A DNA stretch of 64,000 nt from Vulcanimicrobiota bacterium (GCA_963714015.1 OY970223.1:2816001-2880000), one strand, 5' to 3'; positions 9,539 through 20,595 are shown, numbered from the stretch's first letter. Numbers and translations: made by a program. Notes: generated by a model from the sequence alone, not told the origin.

Positions 9539-11561
9539 CTAGCCGCTGCTGCTGCTGCCGCTCTGGAAGAATGAGCCGAGCTGCTGTTGCAGCGCCTGGT
9601 ATCCGGCTATGGCGGACTCGCTTGCGACGAATTCGGCGCGAAGCTGATCGGCCTGCTGGTTAGCGTTGTCTTGAATTTGCGTGACCTGGGTCTGAAGGTT
9701 TTGCACCTGAGACTGGATACCGGCTTCAAACCCTTGCAGCAGTGATTGCGCCGGCGCGGTGCCTAAGAGCGCGGTTGACGTAATCGTTGAAACGCCGGTC
9801 ACTCCGGTCAGGTACGTGCCGATGCTGTTGACGAATCCTTGCGAACCGCTGAACAGGTTCTGTACGGCAGTGGGATCTGCGGCCAATGCCGCTTGCAGCG
9901 TCCCGATGTTCACGGGCTGAAGCTGGCCGTCGGTCCCGTCGACCGTCTGCGTGGAAACCGGGTTGCTGCCGCCGCTGGAATCGTTCGGGCTGTTCGCCTG
10001 CAGCTGCTGGAACGAGCTGTCGAGCTGAAGTCCAATTGAAGCGAGCGAGTTGTACTGTGAAGCCTGGTTGCCGTACAGATTCGAGACCATCGAGACCAGT
10101 TCGTTTTTGATGGTCGAAACGTCCGAATTGTTGTAGAGTACGCCTCCGCCAACCGACTGCGAGATGATTCGCGCCCCCGGTTGGGGACTGCACCACGATC
10201 GGCGGCGCAGTAGCCTTATTGATTTCGCTGATGGCCGCATTGTACGCGGAAACGAACGCGTTTATGGCGGTGACGAGCTGCGTACTGCTTTGCGATACCG
10301 TTACGGTGAAGGCTGTAGACGGGTCGCTGCTTTGCAGATTCAGCGAGATGCCGGGAATAGCATCGGTAACAGAATTACTGTTGCTGTAAACCGTCTGCGG
10401 CACTCCGCCTTGCGCCTGGAACGTCACCTGCGCCTGCGTTCCCAAAGACGTCGTTGCGCCGCTTGCGGTGGTGAGTCCGGCCGCTTGCAGGAAATTGCTG
10501 GTATCGCTCCCCGAGCCCAGCACGATGTTCTGCGGACCGGTATTCTTGTTCGTCAGCGTGATGGAACCGGTGGCGCTGTTGTAGCTCGCGATCACTCCCG
10601 CCGCAGAGGCGTTTATCGCACCGATTACGTCGTACACGTTTTGGCTTGACGTCACGTTGATCTGCACGCCGTTGATCGTGAAGAATCCCGCGGTGACGGG
10701 CGTGACGAAATTGGCGTTCGTTGCCTGACCTTCCGCGTTCGTCGAGTTGAACGAGAGCGATGCGTTGATTCCGCCGACTCCCGCGGTGGCGGTAACGGTT
10801 CCCGAAGATCCGGTGTTCTGCACCTGAGCCTGATCCAGCCGCAGGACTTGAAGCAGATTGCCTGAGTCGCTCGAGGACCCCAGAGCAATCGGATGTCCCG
10901 AGTCCGTAACTTGAACCGTGTCGCCGGCTCCGACCAAACCGATGTTGAACGTGGCGTCGCCGGCGGTATGGACGGCAGTGTTGATGTTGCCCAAAATCGT
11001 GTCGAGCGATTGTGAGGTGACGTCGTACTTGATCTGGACGCCGTCTACGGTGATGACGCCCTGCCCGGAAGACCCGTTCGACGGGGTAATCGCCGCATAG
11101 GAATCGATGAGCGGAACGTTTGCCGCCACCGTGCCGCCGATTGAAGCGTTCTCGGTTTGTCCCATGTTCGCTGCCGACGTCACTTGCGTTGCGGTAGCCA
11201 ATTCGGCCGAGTCGACGACATACGTACCGGGCGTCGCCGCCACGCTGGGGATGCCGGTGGCCGTAGCGATCGACGTGTTCGACGAGATTCCCGCGTAAGA
11301 TTCGTACAACGACTGATCGGACAGAGCCGTAAGCGCGTTCTGCACCGAGGCCAGCATAGCGTTTATCTTGAGCAGTTCCGCGTTAGCTGCATTGAGCGTG
11401 CTGATCTGCGCGTTGATCTGCGTGACGGGCGCAAGCGTCAGAGACGTCAGTTTTTGAATGATCGAGCTGTAGTCGATGCCTGAAACGATTCCGGGAAATG
11501 AAACGGGCGGGACGTTCGTCCCGGGAATGCTCGAACTGGAACCGGAGCTTAATCCCGACAT
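9539..11561 (-). CDS. fliD: Flagellar filament cap protein FliD (frameshift near 10170)
   Basis: N-terminal FPGIVSGIDYSSIIQKL, internal DAIPGISLNL and INAFVSAYN, and C-terminal LRAEFVASESAI in ORF 9539..10240. Confidence 0.92.
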
Positions 11562-11562
11562 G

Positions 11563-11931
11563 TCAAGCGCTCCGATCGAGCGTCACGCCGCTCTCTTTGT
11601 CGAAAAACTGCGCCATCTGCACCATGACCTCTGCAGGCACCTGCGCGATCTCTTCGCCGGTCTTCGGATCGGTGAAAACGGTCACGATGATATCGGGATC
11701 GTGCACCACGCGATACGAAACGTTCACTGCATCGGGTTGAGGCAGCGCGGAATTCGAACCGAAGATCTTGGCGGCAACGGGCGAGAGCGATCCCTCGTGC
11801 GGCTGCGGCGCGGGTTGAAGACTGCCCGGCGTGCTTGCCGGCAGCGGCTGAGATTGCGGCGCGCCCGAAGCGGCGGCTTCGGGAATCTGCTGCTGACCCG
11901 GCACGCCGGGTACAACAACCTGAACATCCAT
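11563..11931 (-). CDS. flaG: Flagellar protein FlaG
   Basis: IIVTVFTDPKTGEEIAQVPAE...GVTLDRSA; immediately upstream of fliD. Confidence 0.85.
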   Translation of the reverse strand: MDVQVVVPGVPGQQQIPEAAASGAPQSQPLPASTPGSLQPAPQPHEGSLSPVAAKIFGSNSALPQPDAVNVSYRVVHDPDIIVTVFTDPKTGEEIAQVPAEVMVQMAQFFDKESGVTLDRSA

Positions 11932-11958
11932 GTCGAGGGCCTCCTACCTTTAATCTGT

Positions 11959-11986
11959 ATTTCGGCGCAAAAACGGCGTCAATTTA
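11959..11986 (-). promoter_or_regulatory. sigma28 promoter of flaG-fliD-fliS
   Basis: TAAA-N16-GCCGAAAT followed by an AGGAGG RBS; the -35 box overlaps the upstream TAA stop. Confidence 0.75.
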
Positions 11987-13952
11987 GGCCGGCACCGCCG
12001 AGGAGGCTTGGGCGTAGGCCGCCACGGTCTCGCGGAAACAGCGATCCGCATCGCAATCCGAGGCGACGGCGGCGAGCAGCGCTGCGGGCGGGCGGTGTTC
12101 CCAGGCTTGGCGCAACCCCGCCTCAATCGAAGCGACGTCGGCGACGTCGGCCTCAATGACCGCCGCCCACATGGCGGCGGCGTAAGATTTTGCGGCCGCG
12201 ACGGCGCTGCATCCGCTCAAGAGAGCCCGGGCGATGCGGCTGGAGCTGGTCTGCCACCACGAGACGTCGGCGAAGACGCGCGCCCGCAGGTAAAGACCGG
12301 CCAGCTCCCCCGGCGTAGGCTTGGGAATCAGCACGACGCCGCTATCGATTTCCTCGCGCAGGCTTGGCAAAGTAGAGTGAGTCGGCAACCGGGCCCGCGA
12401 TCACCAGCGGCATCCCCGCCTGACGCGCGGCGCGCACTAAGAAAGACAGATTCGTGTACGGCGCGATGGGCGCGTGCGCCAAAATGAAATCCCACGTCCC
12501 GGCGAGGGCGTCGACGGGTTCGAACGTCTGATTCGCCGGAAGATACGCCGGAACGAACCGGGACTGGCCGGTATAGCCGAAGCGCGTCCGCATGAGCTGT
12601 TCTTCCTGTGCGCCGCTCACGAGCAAAAGATCGACTTTGGAGAGCACCGCGCGTACGCCGCGGTCGAACCCGGGAACCGGCTCGGCGTCGGACGGGACCG
12701 ATTCGTTGGTGTTGAGCCGGCGCTTCGCGATCATCTCCATGTAGTGGTTCATGGCCGTTTCGTCCGCGGCGGTGCGCATGAGCGCACCCGTTACGCCCGT
12801 ACCCCACCGCGTTTCCGCCGTAATATTCGACATCGCGGCCGTCGCGACGATTGGAATCGACCTTTCCCGCGCTCGATCCAAGAGCGGCAAATGTCCCGTC
12901 TCTCCGGCTCCGAAAACGTGCAGCAGATCGACCGATGAAAGATCGATGCGTGCATCCGTGGAGCTGCGCAATTCGGCAGTGAAGCCCTCAGCCGAGAGCC
13001 GCGCCTGCAATTCCGCCGCGTCATCGCCGTCGGCGAGCGAATCGCGAATGGAGTCGGCGTGGCGGACGATCAGGATTCGTCCCGACGATCCTCCCACCAC
13101 CGCGGGTGCGGCCGGCAGCATGCAGTCGCGCCTGTTCTTTTTCTGCTTCACCATCACTCGGAACGACCGCACGGGCGGCGCGTCCTCCGGATCGAACGAA
13201 ACGCAAATCTCGGTTGGAACCGGCGTTGCTACTTCAACGAGCTGCCCCTCATCGCCGTCGAAGCGGATTTCGACCTGCGACCCTTCCAGCTGAATTCCAA
13301 CCTCGTAACTGCCTTCCAGCGGCCCAAAGATCGCGCGGCCGAACCACGCGCGTGCCAAGGCATTCAACTCCGCATCGAGCAGATCGCATTGCACGCGTTG
13401 CGCAAAAGGAGCCAGCAGCGCGGCGCCGGTAGCGCCGCAGCGATCGTTGATGCCGATGTTCGCTGCGTCTGCAAAACGCCGGGCATAGTAATACGGCGCA
13501 GCGCAGGCGGCCAGGTCGCCATATGGCGCAGCGCCGGCAAACGCCGCAGAGCGTGCGAGCTCGAAGCTGCGTTCGCTGACCGCGTCCGAGAATCGTCGAA
13601 TGATCTCCGTGTTCATTTGCCGGGACAAGCTCTGCGCGAGCATCCACGGGAGGACGCGGTCTTCGACTGCATCGAGAACGTCTGCCGGGACCGCCGCCGC
13701 ACAGTCGTGGGGCCAGAGCAGCACGGAGGACTCGCGTTCGACGAGCATCTCGTGCGCAATGCGAATCGCCGGAAGCGCCAATATTTCGGCGCCGTCGGAG
13801 AACGTCAAATCCAGGCACAGGGAAGCCTGCTCGCGTCGCGTGAAGACGGGCTCGATTCTCGCGACGGCGAGAAGATCGGGAGTTACCAGGCGCCGCAGAT
13901 CGGCCGCGGTACGCGAAGCCGGGAATGCCGGCGGCGTTGCATTTACTCTCAT
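11984..13952 (-). CDS. Glycosyltransferase-like (GT-B/GT4-like) protein with a degenerate methyltransferase-like N-terminal region (frameshift near 12365)
   Basis: VDLLHVFG, FILAHAPIAPYTNLSFLVRAARQAGMPLVIAGP and, after the shift, LAGLYLRARVFADVSW...ALLSGC. The ATG overlaps the stop of the upstream GT2. Confidence 0.7.
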
Positions 13953-16561
13953 GCCGCTCCCTTTGCAGGCGCAATGCGGCGCAAGGCGCTGGGACTGCGC
14001 TCGATCAGCTCGGGCAGCCCGTCGAACGCCGCTTCGCCGCACGCCTCGAGCCGGTACACGGCATCACCGCGCAGCGCCGACACCCAACGATCGATGTCAT
14101 CTTCGTCGCTGACGATGACGTCCGCGATCTCTTCGGCGCCAAGATGCATTTTCTGCAGCATGCGCTCGACTCGGATGCCCAGCGTTGCGGCGGATATTTC
14201 GCTCGGGGCCGCAATGGACAACAGCGTATCGTCGCCCAATCCATACGCGTTCACGTAGCGCTTTACGAAGGCGCCTACGCTTCCCCAATCCCGTTCGTCT
14301 CGAACGACCGCCGCAATGACCAGCCCGTAGCTGCGGTCCTCCCCTTGCATTGGCTGAGTCACGGCCGGAAGCGCAAAGTAGTGCGCGCCGCGATCGAAGC
14401 CGCGGGCGATGGCAGGGCCCAGATCGTAGCCGTTGGCCGGGTATTCCGGCGGTAGATTCCATTTCGCCGCAAACTTCGTCCAATTCGTGCGCATCGTCGC
14501 AGCGTAGTCGACTTTGTTGGCTGCGAACGACCGCGAACCGAAGTGGTGAATGAATACGTCATCGCAGACGTATATTTTATAGCCCGCTGCTCGCACGCGA
14601 ATCGAATAGTCGTCGTCCTCGAAGTTTCCGAGCCCGAAGCGTTCGTCCAAGCCTCCGACTTCCTGGATGACGCGGCGGTCGATGCAAAGGCAGAGGCCGA
14701 TGGCGCGATCGGTAAGATAACCCTGGCCGCGATAGCGCAGCGCGCGACCGCGCGCAAATTCGGCAAGGCCGTCGGGGCCGGTATACTGCGCGTCCGGTAC
14801 CAACTGATCGCCGGCGATCTGGTTGCTGCGCGGAGCCGAGATGCCCAAGCCCGGCACGCGATCGAACGCTCCGAGCAGACCGTCGAGCCAGCCTTCGGTG
14901 ACGGTCACGTCATTGTTGAGCAGGACGACGAAGTCGCCGCCGGCGTGCGCGATGGCTTGATTGTTTCCAGCGGCGTACCCGCGGTTGACCGGATTGAGAA
15001 TGACGCGAATACCCTCTTGCGCTTTGAGCCAGGCAACGGTTTCTTCGTTCGAGCCGTTGTCGACGATCAGGATCTCATAAGGGCCGGTCGTCCAGCGGCG
15101 AATCGACTCGAGCGCAATCTTGGTGTATTCGAGAGCGTTCCAGCTCAGCATGACGATCGAGACGAGACCCCGCGAACGTTTTGAAACGGCGCGCAGACGC
15201 TGCTCGATGCGATCCGGATCGCTGGTCACGACATTCGCAAGCGAAGGCTCCAAAGGGGGTAAGGTTACAAACTCGCTGCGCGCCAAACGCGTGCCGCGGC
15301 GCAGGTCGATGCCCCGCTCGAGGAAATCCGCCACGGTCGCCCCGATGGAACCGCAATACTCCAAGCGATGATGCTGCGGATACTTGCGCAGCGAGATGAG
15401 CGTGCAGCGGGCATCGGCGGCATAGAGTCCGGCGTCACCGCCGGTTCCGGCCTCCGGCGCATAGGCTGCTGCGCCGTTCGTCCAACAAAATTCGAGCTGG
15501 AGCACGAGTTCGTCCAGCCATCCCGCCCGCAGACTGCACCCCGTGTCCACGAACGCCACGCAACGATCGCCGCGACGTTCCATCTCGGCGCGCGCCGTTG
15601 CGACGCCTTTTTCGTCGCCTCCGATATAGACGACGCGATCGATCGGCGTCACGTTGCTGCGCAGCATGCGAAGGAACTCGGAATCTCGCGTGCGATCGAC
15701 CGAACCATGACAAATGATTGTTACCGCGGGATTCTCAACCGAGTCGCAGTAATACTTTCCCCGTGCGCGGCGCACTTCGCGCCGGTTGTGCCCGCGTACC
15801 ATCAAATGCATCGGCCCGTCGTATTCAACCGTGCCGTTCCACCGCTGGGCCAGCAGTTGGCTGTTCCAAGCAACCTTGCGAAACCGCTGCGTACCGGATT
15901 GAGACTCGAAATGGGTGAGCACTGCGCCGGCTTGATACACGATGCGCAGACCGCGCGAGCGCAGCTTGAGACAGTAGTCGATGTCCTCGTAGCCGTTCCA
16001 GTAACGTTCGTCCAGGCCGCCCACTTCCAAGTACAGATCGCGCGGCGTGAGCAAACACGCGCCGGTGATGGTTTGCAGATCGCGTGACTCCGACGCGTAA
16101 GCAAACGCCTCGGGATATTGATACATGTCGTGCGACGGAGTAAAGGCCTCGGTGCCGAACCGGTTACCGTAACTCACGACGCCTGCGTGCTGAAGTGTTC
16201 CGTCCGGAAAGAGTAGACGCGCGCCGACGGCGCCTACAGCAGGATCCGCGGCGGCCGCGAGCATTGCGGCCAGCCAGCCCGGCTTTGCTTCCGTATCGTT
16301 GTTCAGCAGCACGAGAAACTCGCCGCGGGCAAGCCGGGCACCCTGATTATTCGCGCCTGCGAAGCCGAGATTGCGCTCGTTGCGCACGACTCGGACCCAA
16401 GGAAACTCTTCCAGCATCTGCGGGGTTTCGTCGGAACTGGCGTTGTCGATGACGATGATTTCGCCTTCGCCAGCGCCTTCCAGCGTCGGCCGAAGCGTCT
16501 GCAGACAGTGGCGGGTCAGCGCGGCTTTGTTGAATACCGGAATGACGATCGAGTAGTTCAT
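13949..16561 (-). CDS. Tandem GT2 glycosyltransferase (two GT-A domains)
   Basis: YSIVIPVFN..IDNASSD..LLNNDT..GYEDIDYCL, then a second VSIVMLSWN..VDNGS..LLNNDV..GNFEDDDYS. Confidence 0.93.
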   Translation of the reverse strand: MNYSIVIPVFNKAALTRHCLQTLRPTLEGAGEGEIIVIDNASSDETPQMLEEFPWVRVVRNERNLGFAGANNQGARLARGEFLVLLNNDTEAKPGWLAAMLAAAADPAVGAVGARLLFPDGTLQHAGVVSYGNRFGTEAFTPSHDMYQYPEAFAYASESRDLQTITGACLLTPRDLYLEVGGLDERYWNGYEDIDYCLKLRSRGLRIVYQAGAVLTHFESQSGTQRFRKVAWNSQLLAQRWNGTVEYDGPMHLMVRGHNRREVRRARGKYYCDSVENPAVTIICHGSVDRTRDSEFLRMLRSNVTPIDRVVYIGGDEKGVATARAEMERRGDRCVAFVDTGCSLRAGWLDELVLQLEFCWTNGAAAYAPEAGTGGDAGLYAADARCTLISLRKYPQHHRLEYCGSIGATVADFLERGIDLRRGTRLARSEFVTLPPLEPSLANVVTSDPDRIEQRLRAVSKRSRGLVSIVMLSWNALEYTKIALESIRRWTTGPYEILIVDNGSNEETVAWLKAQEGIRVILNPVNRGYAAGNNQAIAHAGGDFVVLLNNDVTVTEGWLDGLLGAFDRVPGLGISAPRSNQIAGDQLVPDAQYTGPDGLAEFARGRALRYRGQGYLTDRAIGLCLCIDRRVIQEVGGLDERFGLGNFEDDDYSIRVRAAGYKIYVCDDVFIHHFGSRSFAANKVDYAATMRTNWTKFAAKWNLPPEYPANGYDLGPAIARGFDRGAHYFALPAVTQPMQGEDRSYGLVIAAVVRDERDWGSVGAFVKRYVNAYGLGDDTLLSIAAPSEISAATLGIRVERMLQKMHLGAEEIADVIVSDEDDIDRWVSALRGDAVYRLEACGEAAFDGLPELIERSPSALRRIAPAKGAA

Positions 16562-16570
16562 CGTTTGTTC

Positions 16571-18538
16571 CTACGCAAGGGCCAATTTGGCAGCGTTGCG
16601 AGCTTCTTCCAAACGCCCGGCGCGCACGAGAAGGTCCGTATAGAGCTGTAGTCCGTCGACGTGCTTTGGATCGGTTGCGAGCAACTGCCCAAGCACTGTT
16701 AACGCCTCGGTCGTACGCCCAATCTCGCGCAGCACGGCGGCATGGAGGTATGCTGCGAGCGGGTAGACGTCACCGTCGGCCGGAGTAATGGGCTCAACCG
16801 CAGCAATCGCCTCTTCCTTGCGTCCGAGGTTGGCGTAAGCGATCGCGCAGCTGTAGTTCAGGCGCGCATCGCGCGGATCGATTTCCAAGCCGCGCAGCGC
16901 ATACTCCAACGCCTTCGCATAGTTTTGATGCGCCAGCAGGATGTTGAAGCGGCGGACGAACTCCGCGGGAGTCTGCGGATCCCAAGACGAGTCTTCGGCG
17001 CGAATTCGCTCGATAGCCGCGCGATCGCCGGCTTGCGCGTAAGCCTTCTCCAGCATATTCGCCACGTCGGCGCTTCGCGGCGCCAGCGCTCGGGCCGCCG
17101 TCAAATAGCGCACCGGGTCCGCGCCGTTCCGGGGCGCAACTGCTGCGGCGGCCATCAGCATCTGAACGGCGACGGCCTCGGGCAGCTTCGCATACGCCGC
17201 TTCGATGATCCCGAGTGCTTCGGATTCTTTGTGGCGGCGCAGCAGATAGTTCACGAGCTCCAGGGCCGGCTGTTCTCCCCCGAAGTCATCGTAAACGCTG
17301 CGAAATGCCGATTCTGCTTCGGGATAGCGTCCTAAGCGCTCCAGCGCTTTGGCATAATTTAAGCGCAGCGGCTCGACCTTCGGACGATTGACCAGCCCGC
17401 GTTCGAACCACTCGAGGGCTTTGACGTCATCCGCCTGGGCGACGTACGTCGATCCGATCTCGCATTGCGCTTTCCACGCCGGGACTTCGTCGTCGACGAT
17501 GAATTGGCGGTCCGAAAACTCGCCGTCCGCGATGGCGCACTCGTACATCGCGCGCGCTTCGTCGTAGCGCTTGAGTTCCACGAGCGCCTTACCGGCGGAG
17601 AAATGCGCGTTCGCATAGCGCGGCGCGAGCTTCAAACACTCTTGCGCCCATTCCAAGCCCTTCTCGGGCTGGTTTTTCCGCTCGGTGTAGACGTCGGCCA
17701 GCGTCTGCAGGCCGTTGGGCGTAAAGCCGCGCAAGCCGTGTTTGCGGCAAAGCTCCCACATGCGCTCGAAGCCCTGAATCGCGCGATCCGCATCGCCGCC
17801 CAGGAACGCCGTCATGCCGTAGTTGTACCAATGAAACGACTCTTCGGGCTCGCGCGCGACGGAAGCTTCCACAATCTCCATGTTGCGCGCCAGCTTGTCG
17901 CGGTCGTCGACCACTTCGTTCAGGTAACCGTGGTGAACGATTTTCAGGGAAGAGTTGCATGCGTCGAGCGTCTGCGAGGCATCGTCGAGGCTGGGAAATT
18001 CGTGGATTGCGCCGTGAAAACGGATCCGTTCGGTATTCGGAAACACTCGCACGATCGCGTGTGAGACGGTGCCGCCTCCCCGATACTTGTCGGAGGCGTT
18101 CACGCAACGGATCCAGACGCCTTTCAGGTGCGCCGGCGCAACGGCGATCGATCGCAGATCCGCCTTCGACTCCGCGACGAATTCCTCGTCGGCGTCCAAC
18201 TGCAGAATCCAGCGCTTCGTCGCCATCTTCAGCGCCTCGTTGCGCGCCCAGCCGAAGTCGTTGCGCCATTCGCGCTGCTCGACGCGCGCGCCGAACCGCT
18301 TCGCAATTTCAATTGTCCGGTCGGTCGAGCCGGTGTCGACGATGTTGATCTCGTCCACGACGTCCGCGACGCTGGCAAGGCACCGTTCCAGGAAGCGCTC
18401 TTCGTTCTTGACGATCATGCACAGGCTTATCCCGGCCGGAAGCTGCGCCCATCCGGGCGGCGGCTCAGGCAGGCCGAACGGCATGGCGCTCGCAGGGGCA
18501 GGCGCGGCCGATCGGCGGGCCTTCACACGAAGTGGCAT
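16571..18538 (-). CDS. GT2 + TPR glycosyltransferase (flagellin glycosyltransferase-like); start codon uncertain
   Basis: ISLCMIVKNEE..VDTGSTD..WRNDFGWARN..LDADE..GAIHE..IVHHGY followed by TPR repeats; directly downstream of fliC. Confidence 0.92.
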   Translation of the reverse strand: MPLRVKARRSAAPAPASAMPFGLPEPPPGWAQLPAGISLCMIVKNEERFLERCLASVADVVDEINIVDTGSTDRTIEIAKRFGARVEQREWRNDFGWARNEALKMATKRWILQLDADEEFVAESKADLRSIAVAPAHLKGVWIRCVNASDKYRGGGTVSHAIVRVFPNTERIRFHGAIHEFPSLDDASQTLDACNSSLKIVHHGYLNEVVDDRDKLARNMEIVEASVAREPEESFHWYNYGMTAFLGGDADRAIQGFERMWELCRKHGLRGFTPNGLQTLADVYTERKNQPEKGLEWAQECLKLAPRYANAHFSAGKALVELKRYDEARAMYECAIADGEFSDRQFIVDDEVPAWKAQCEIGSTYVAQADDVKALEWFERGLVNRPKVEPLRLNYAKALERLGRYPEAESAFRSVYDDFGGEQPALELVNYLLRRHKESEALGIIEAAYAKLPEAVAVQMLMAAAAVAPRNGADPVRYLTAARALAPRSADVANMLEKAYAQAGDRAAIERIRAEDSSWDPQTPAEFVRRFNILLAHQNYAKALEYALRGLEIDPRDARLNYSCAIAYANLGRKEEAIAAVEPITPADGDVYPLAAYLHAAVLREIGRTTEALTVLGQLLATDPKHVDGLQLYTDLLVRAGRLEEARNAAKLALA

Positions 18539-18670
18539 CGCACTAGTAATCGGCCCAACAACGTGTCCCGCTTTAGTTAAGAACCGCAAAGAATATGACG
18601 GGGAACTCACTGCTGCCTGGGCCGGTCCCACGTTCCCGGGTCGCCGCTAGAAAATCAGCGTCCTGCAGTC

Positions 18671-18852
18671 TTTGATGCGCAGGGTGCGAGCCGCCATGCC
18701 CCCGAGGCGCGCTCCGACATTTTTGCGTAAACCACGGATGGTTTCTTCAAAGCTTGCTTTCGCAAAAATGCGGCGCGAGCAGAAAATTCCCATGGAGGGG
18801 AATTTTCTAGCGGCGACACGGGGGCATGGCGGCTCGCACCCTGCGCATCAAA
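18671..18852. repeat. 182-bp element bounded by a perfect 34-bp inverted repeat with internal hairpins (MITE/REP-like)
   Basis: TTTGATGCGCAGGGTGCGAGCCGCCATGCCCCCG (18671-18704) is the exact reverse complement of 18819-18852. Internal arms are CATTTTTGCG/CGCAAAAATG and AGAAAATTCCC/GGGAATTTTCT. Confidence 0.9.
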
Positions 18853-18866
18853 AACCGCCCCCTAAT

Positions 18867-18898
18867 AAAAAAAGGAGCCCGCCGAAGCGGGCTCCCTT
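18867..18898 (-). terminator. Rho-independent terminator of fliC
   Basis: Minus strand GGAGCCCGC-TTCG-GCGGGCTCC-TTTTTTT, about 20 bp after the fliC stop. Confidence 0.92.
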
Positions 18899-18915
18899 GA
18901 CCAGCCTTGAACCGA

Positions 18916-20146
18916 TTAACGGAAGAGGCCGAGAACCGACTGTGCGTTGGCGTTCGACTGCGCCAAGACCGAGGTGCCGACTTGCACCAGGACTTGAAGC
19001 TTCGTGAACTCCGTGGTCGCTTGGCCCACGTTGAGGTCGCGAATTGCCGACTCGGACGCTTGCAGGTTGACCGAGGCAACGCTGTCGTTGTTCGCATCTT
19101 CGTTCAGACGAACGACGACCGCACCGAGCTGGGCCTGCTGGCCGAGCAGCGTGTTGAGCGCGTTGTCGATCTGACCGATGGCGTCTTCCGAGGAGAGCAC
19201 GCCGGCGGCCGTGTTCGCAACGTTGATGTTGGAGATACGGAGCGCCTGGGCGTTCGTCGCCTGGATGCCGATCTGCACGGTGTCGCCTTCGTCAGCGCCC
19301 GACTGGACGGTGAACGGACCGGCGGCCGAGCTCGAGGCTGCGACGGCTTGGTTGACCTTGATGAACGCCGTGGTGCCCGCATCGCCGAGCGAAACGTTGC
19401 CGACCGTGATCGTGAGACCGTCGACGGTGATCGCGCCGGTGTTGGCGGCGTAGTTGCCGATGACTTGGGCCGGCACCGACGTCGAGGTGTTGGTGCTGGA
19501 CCAGAACGACACTTGAACTTCAACCGTCGAGCTGTTCTTGTTGATGACTTGCAGCTCGACCGTTCCGTCTACCGCGCCGGCATTCGTCGTCTGGAAGCTG
19601 GCGGTCGTTCCGACGCTGGCAACGAGATTGCCGCTGCCGGCACCGGCGCCCGCTTGCGCCAGAACGGCGTTCGACGTGATGTTGAACGTCGAGGCCTGGT
19701 AGGCCTGGAATCCGGAGTGGCTGCCGTCGAGCAGAGCGGCACCGTTGAAGTTGGTGTTCTGCGCGATGCGGTTGACTTCCAGAAGCAGCTGGTTGATTTC
19801 GTCCTGCAGATTCTGCGTGTCGGACGGGCTGTTGACGCTGCTGGCCGCTTCGACGGCTAGGCCGCGGATGCGCTGCAGGATGTCGGTTTCCGTGGAGAGC
19901 GCGCCGAGCGCGACTTGTGCCGCGTTGTTCGCGTCTTGAACGTTCTGCGAAGACTTGGTTGAACGCGTCGACCTGCGTCTGCAGGTTGGTCGCGATTGCG
20001 TTGCCGGACGGATCGTCGGCAGCAGAGTTGATGCGAAGACCGCTCGAGAGCTGCGTAACGGTGTTTTGCAGCGCGGCTTGGTTTTTGTCCAGATTGTACT
20101 GGACTTGGTTGGCCAACAGATTGTTGGCGATACTCAGACCTGGCAT
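18916..20146 (-). CDS. fliC: Flagellin, about 409 aa after correcting one extra base near 19953
   Basis: LSSGLRINSAADDPSG, then in the shifted frame SSQNVQDANNAAQVALGAL..LQRIRGLAVEAAS..NTNFNG, continuous to AIRDLNVGQATTEFTKLQVLVQVGTSVLAQSN..VLGLFR. Confidence 0.96.
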
Positions 20147-20188
20147 GTTTCCTCCATGATCACACGCTTGTGTGGGATGACTAGTCGA

Positions 20189-20208
20189 GGGGGGACGTCC
20201 TATCCCCC
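20189..20208 (-). promoter_or_regulatory. Putative CsrA-binding hairpin in the fliC 5' UTR
   Basis: mRNA GGGGGA-UAGGACG-UCCCCC places GGA in a loop; a second GGA lies in the RBS (AUGGAGG). Confidence 0.65.
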
Positions 20209-20218
20209 TTCTGTCAAG

Positions 20219-20245
20219 GTATCGGCCCTACGCGATACGACTTTA
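20219..20245 (-). promoter_or_regulatory. sigma28 promoter of fliC
   Basis: TAAA-N15-GCCGATAC; the -35 box overlaps the csrA stop codon. Confidence 0.85.
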
Positions 20246-20515
20246 GCGGTTTTTATCGGGTTTCGAAGATTTTTTGCGCGGAGCGAGCGCGGCGCGCCCA
20301 ACGGTCCCGGCATGCTCGGTCGCAGCCGCGGCGGTGTCGGCCGCAGAACGGTTGCTGCGCTGGATCTCTTCATAGATTTCGGAGCGGTGTACGGCGATCT
20401 CGCGAGGCGCTTCGATGCCGAGTTTGACTTGGTCGCGGTCGACGGCGACGACCACCACGCGGACGTTGTCGCCCACCATGATGGACTGATTCACTTTGCG
20501 GCTTAGGACAAGCAT
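20243..20515 (-). CDS. csrA: Carbon storage regulator CsrA (90 aa, extended C-terminus)
   Basis: MLVLSRKVNQSIMVGDNVRVVVV..VKLGIEAPREIAVHRSEIY with an AAGGAGG RBS. Confidence 0.96.
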   Translation of the reverse strand: MLVLSRKVNQSIMVGDNVRVVVVAVDRDQVKLGIEAPREIAVHRSEIYEEIQRSNRSAADTAAAATEHAGTVGRAALAPRKKSSKPDKNR

Positions 20516-20595
20516 CGGTGCCCTCCTTGGCGTTTCGGCGGCTCGCCGCGCACCGGAATAGTTCCCGGAAGCGGCCGCCTTCGGCTGTCCTGCTT

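Noticed and set aside
9539..20146. Programmed frameshifting or phase variation of fliC and fliD
   Set aside because: There is no slippery heptamer or long homopolymer at the fliC site and only a G5 near the fliD site. Similar indels are scattered over unrelated genes, which favours sequencing error.
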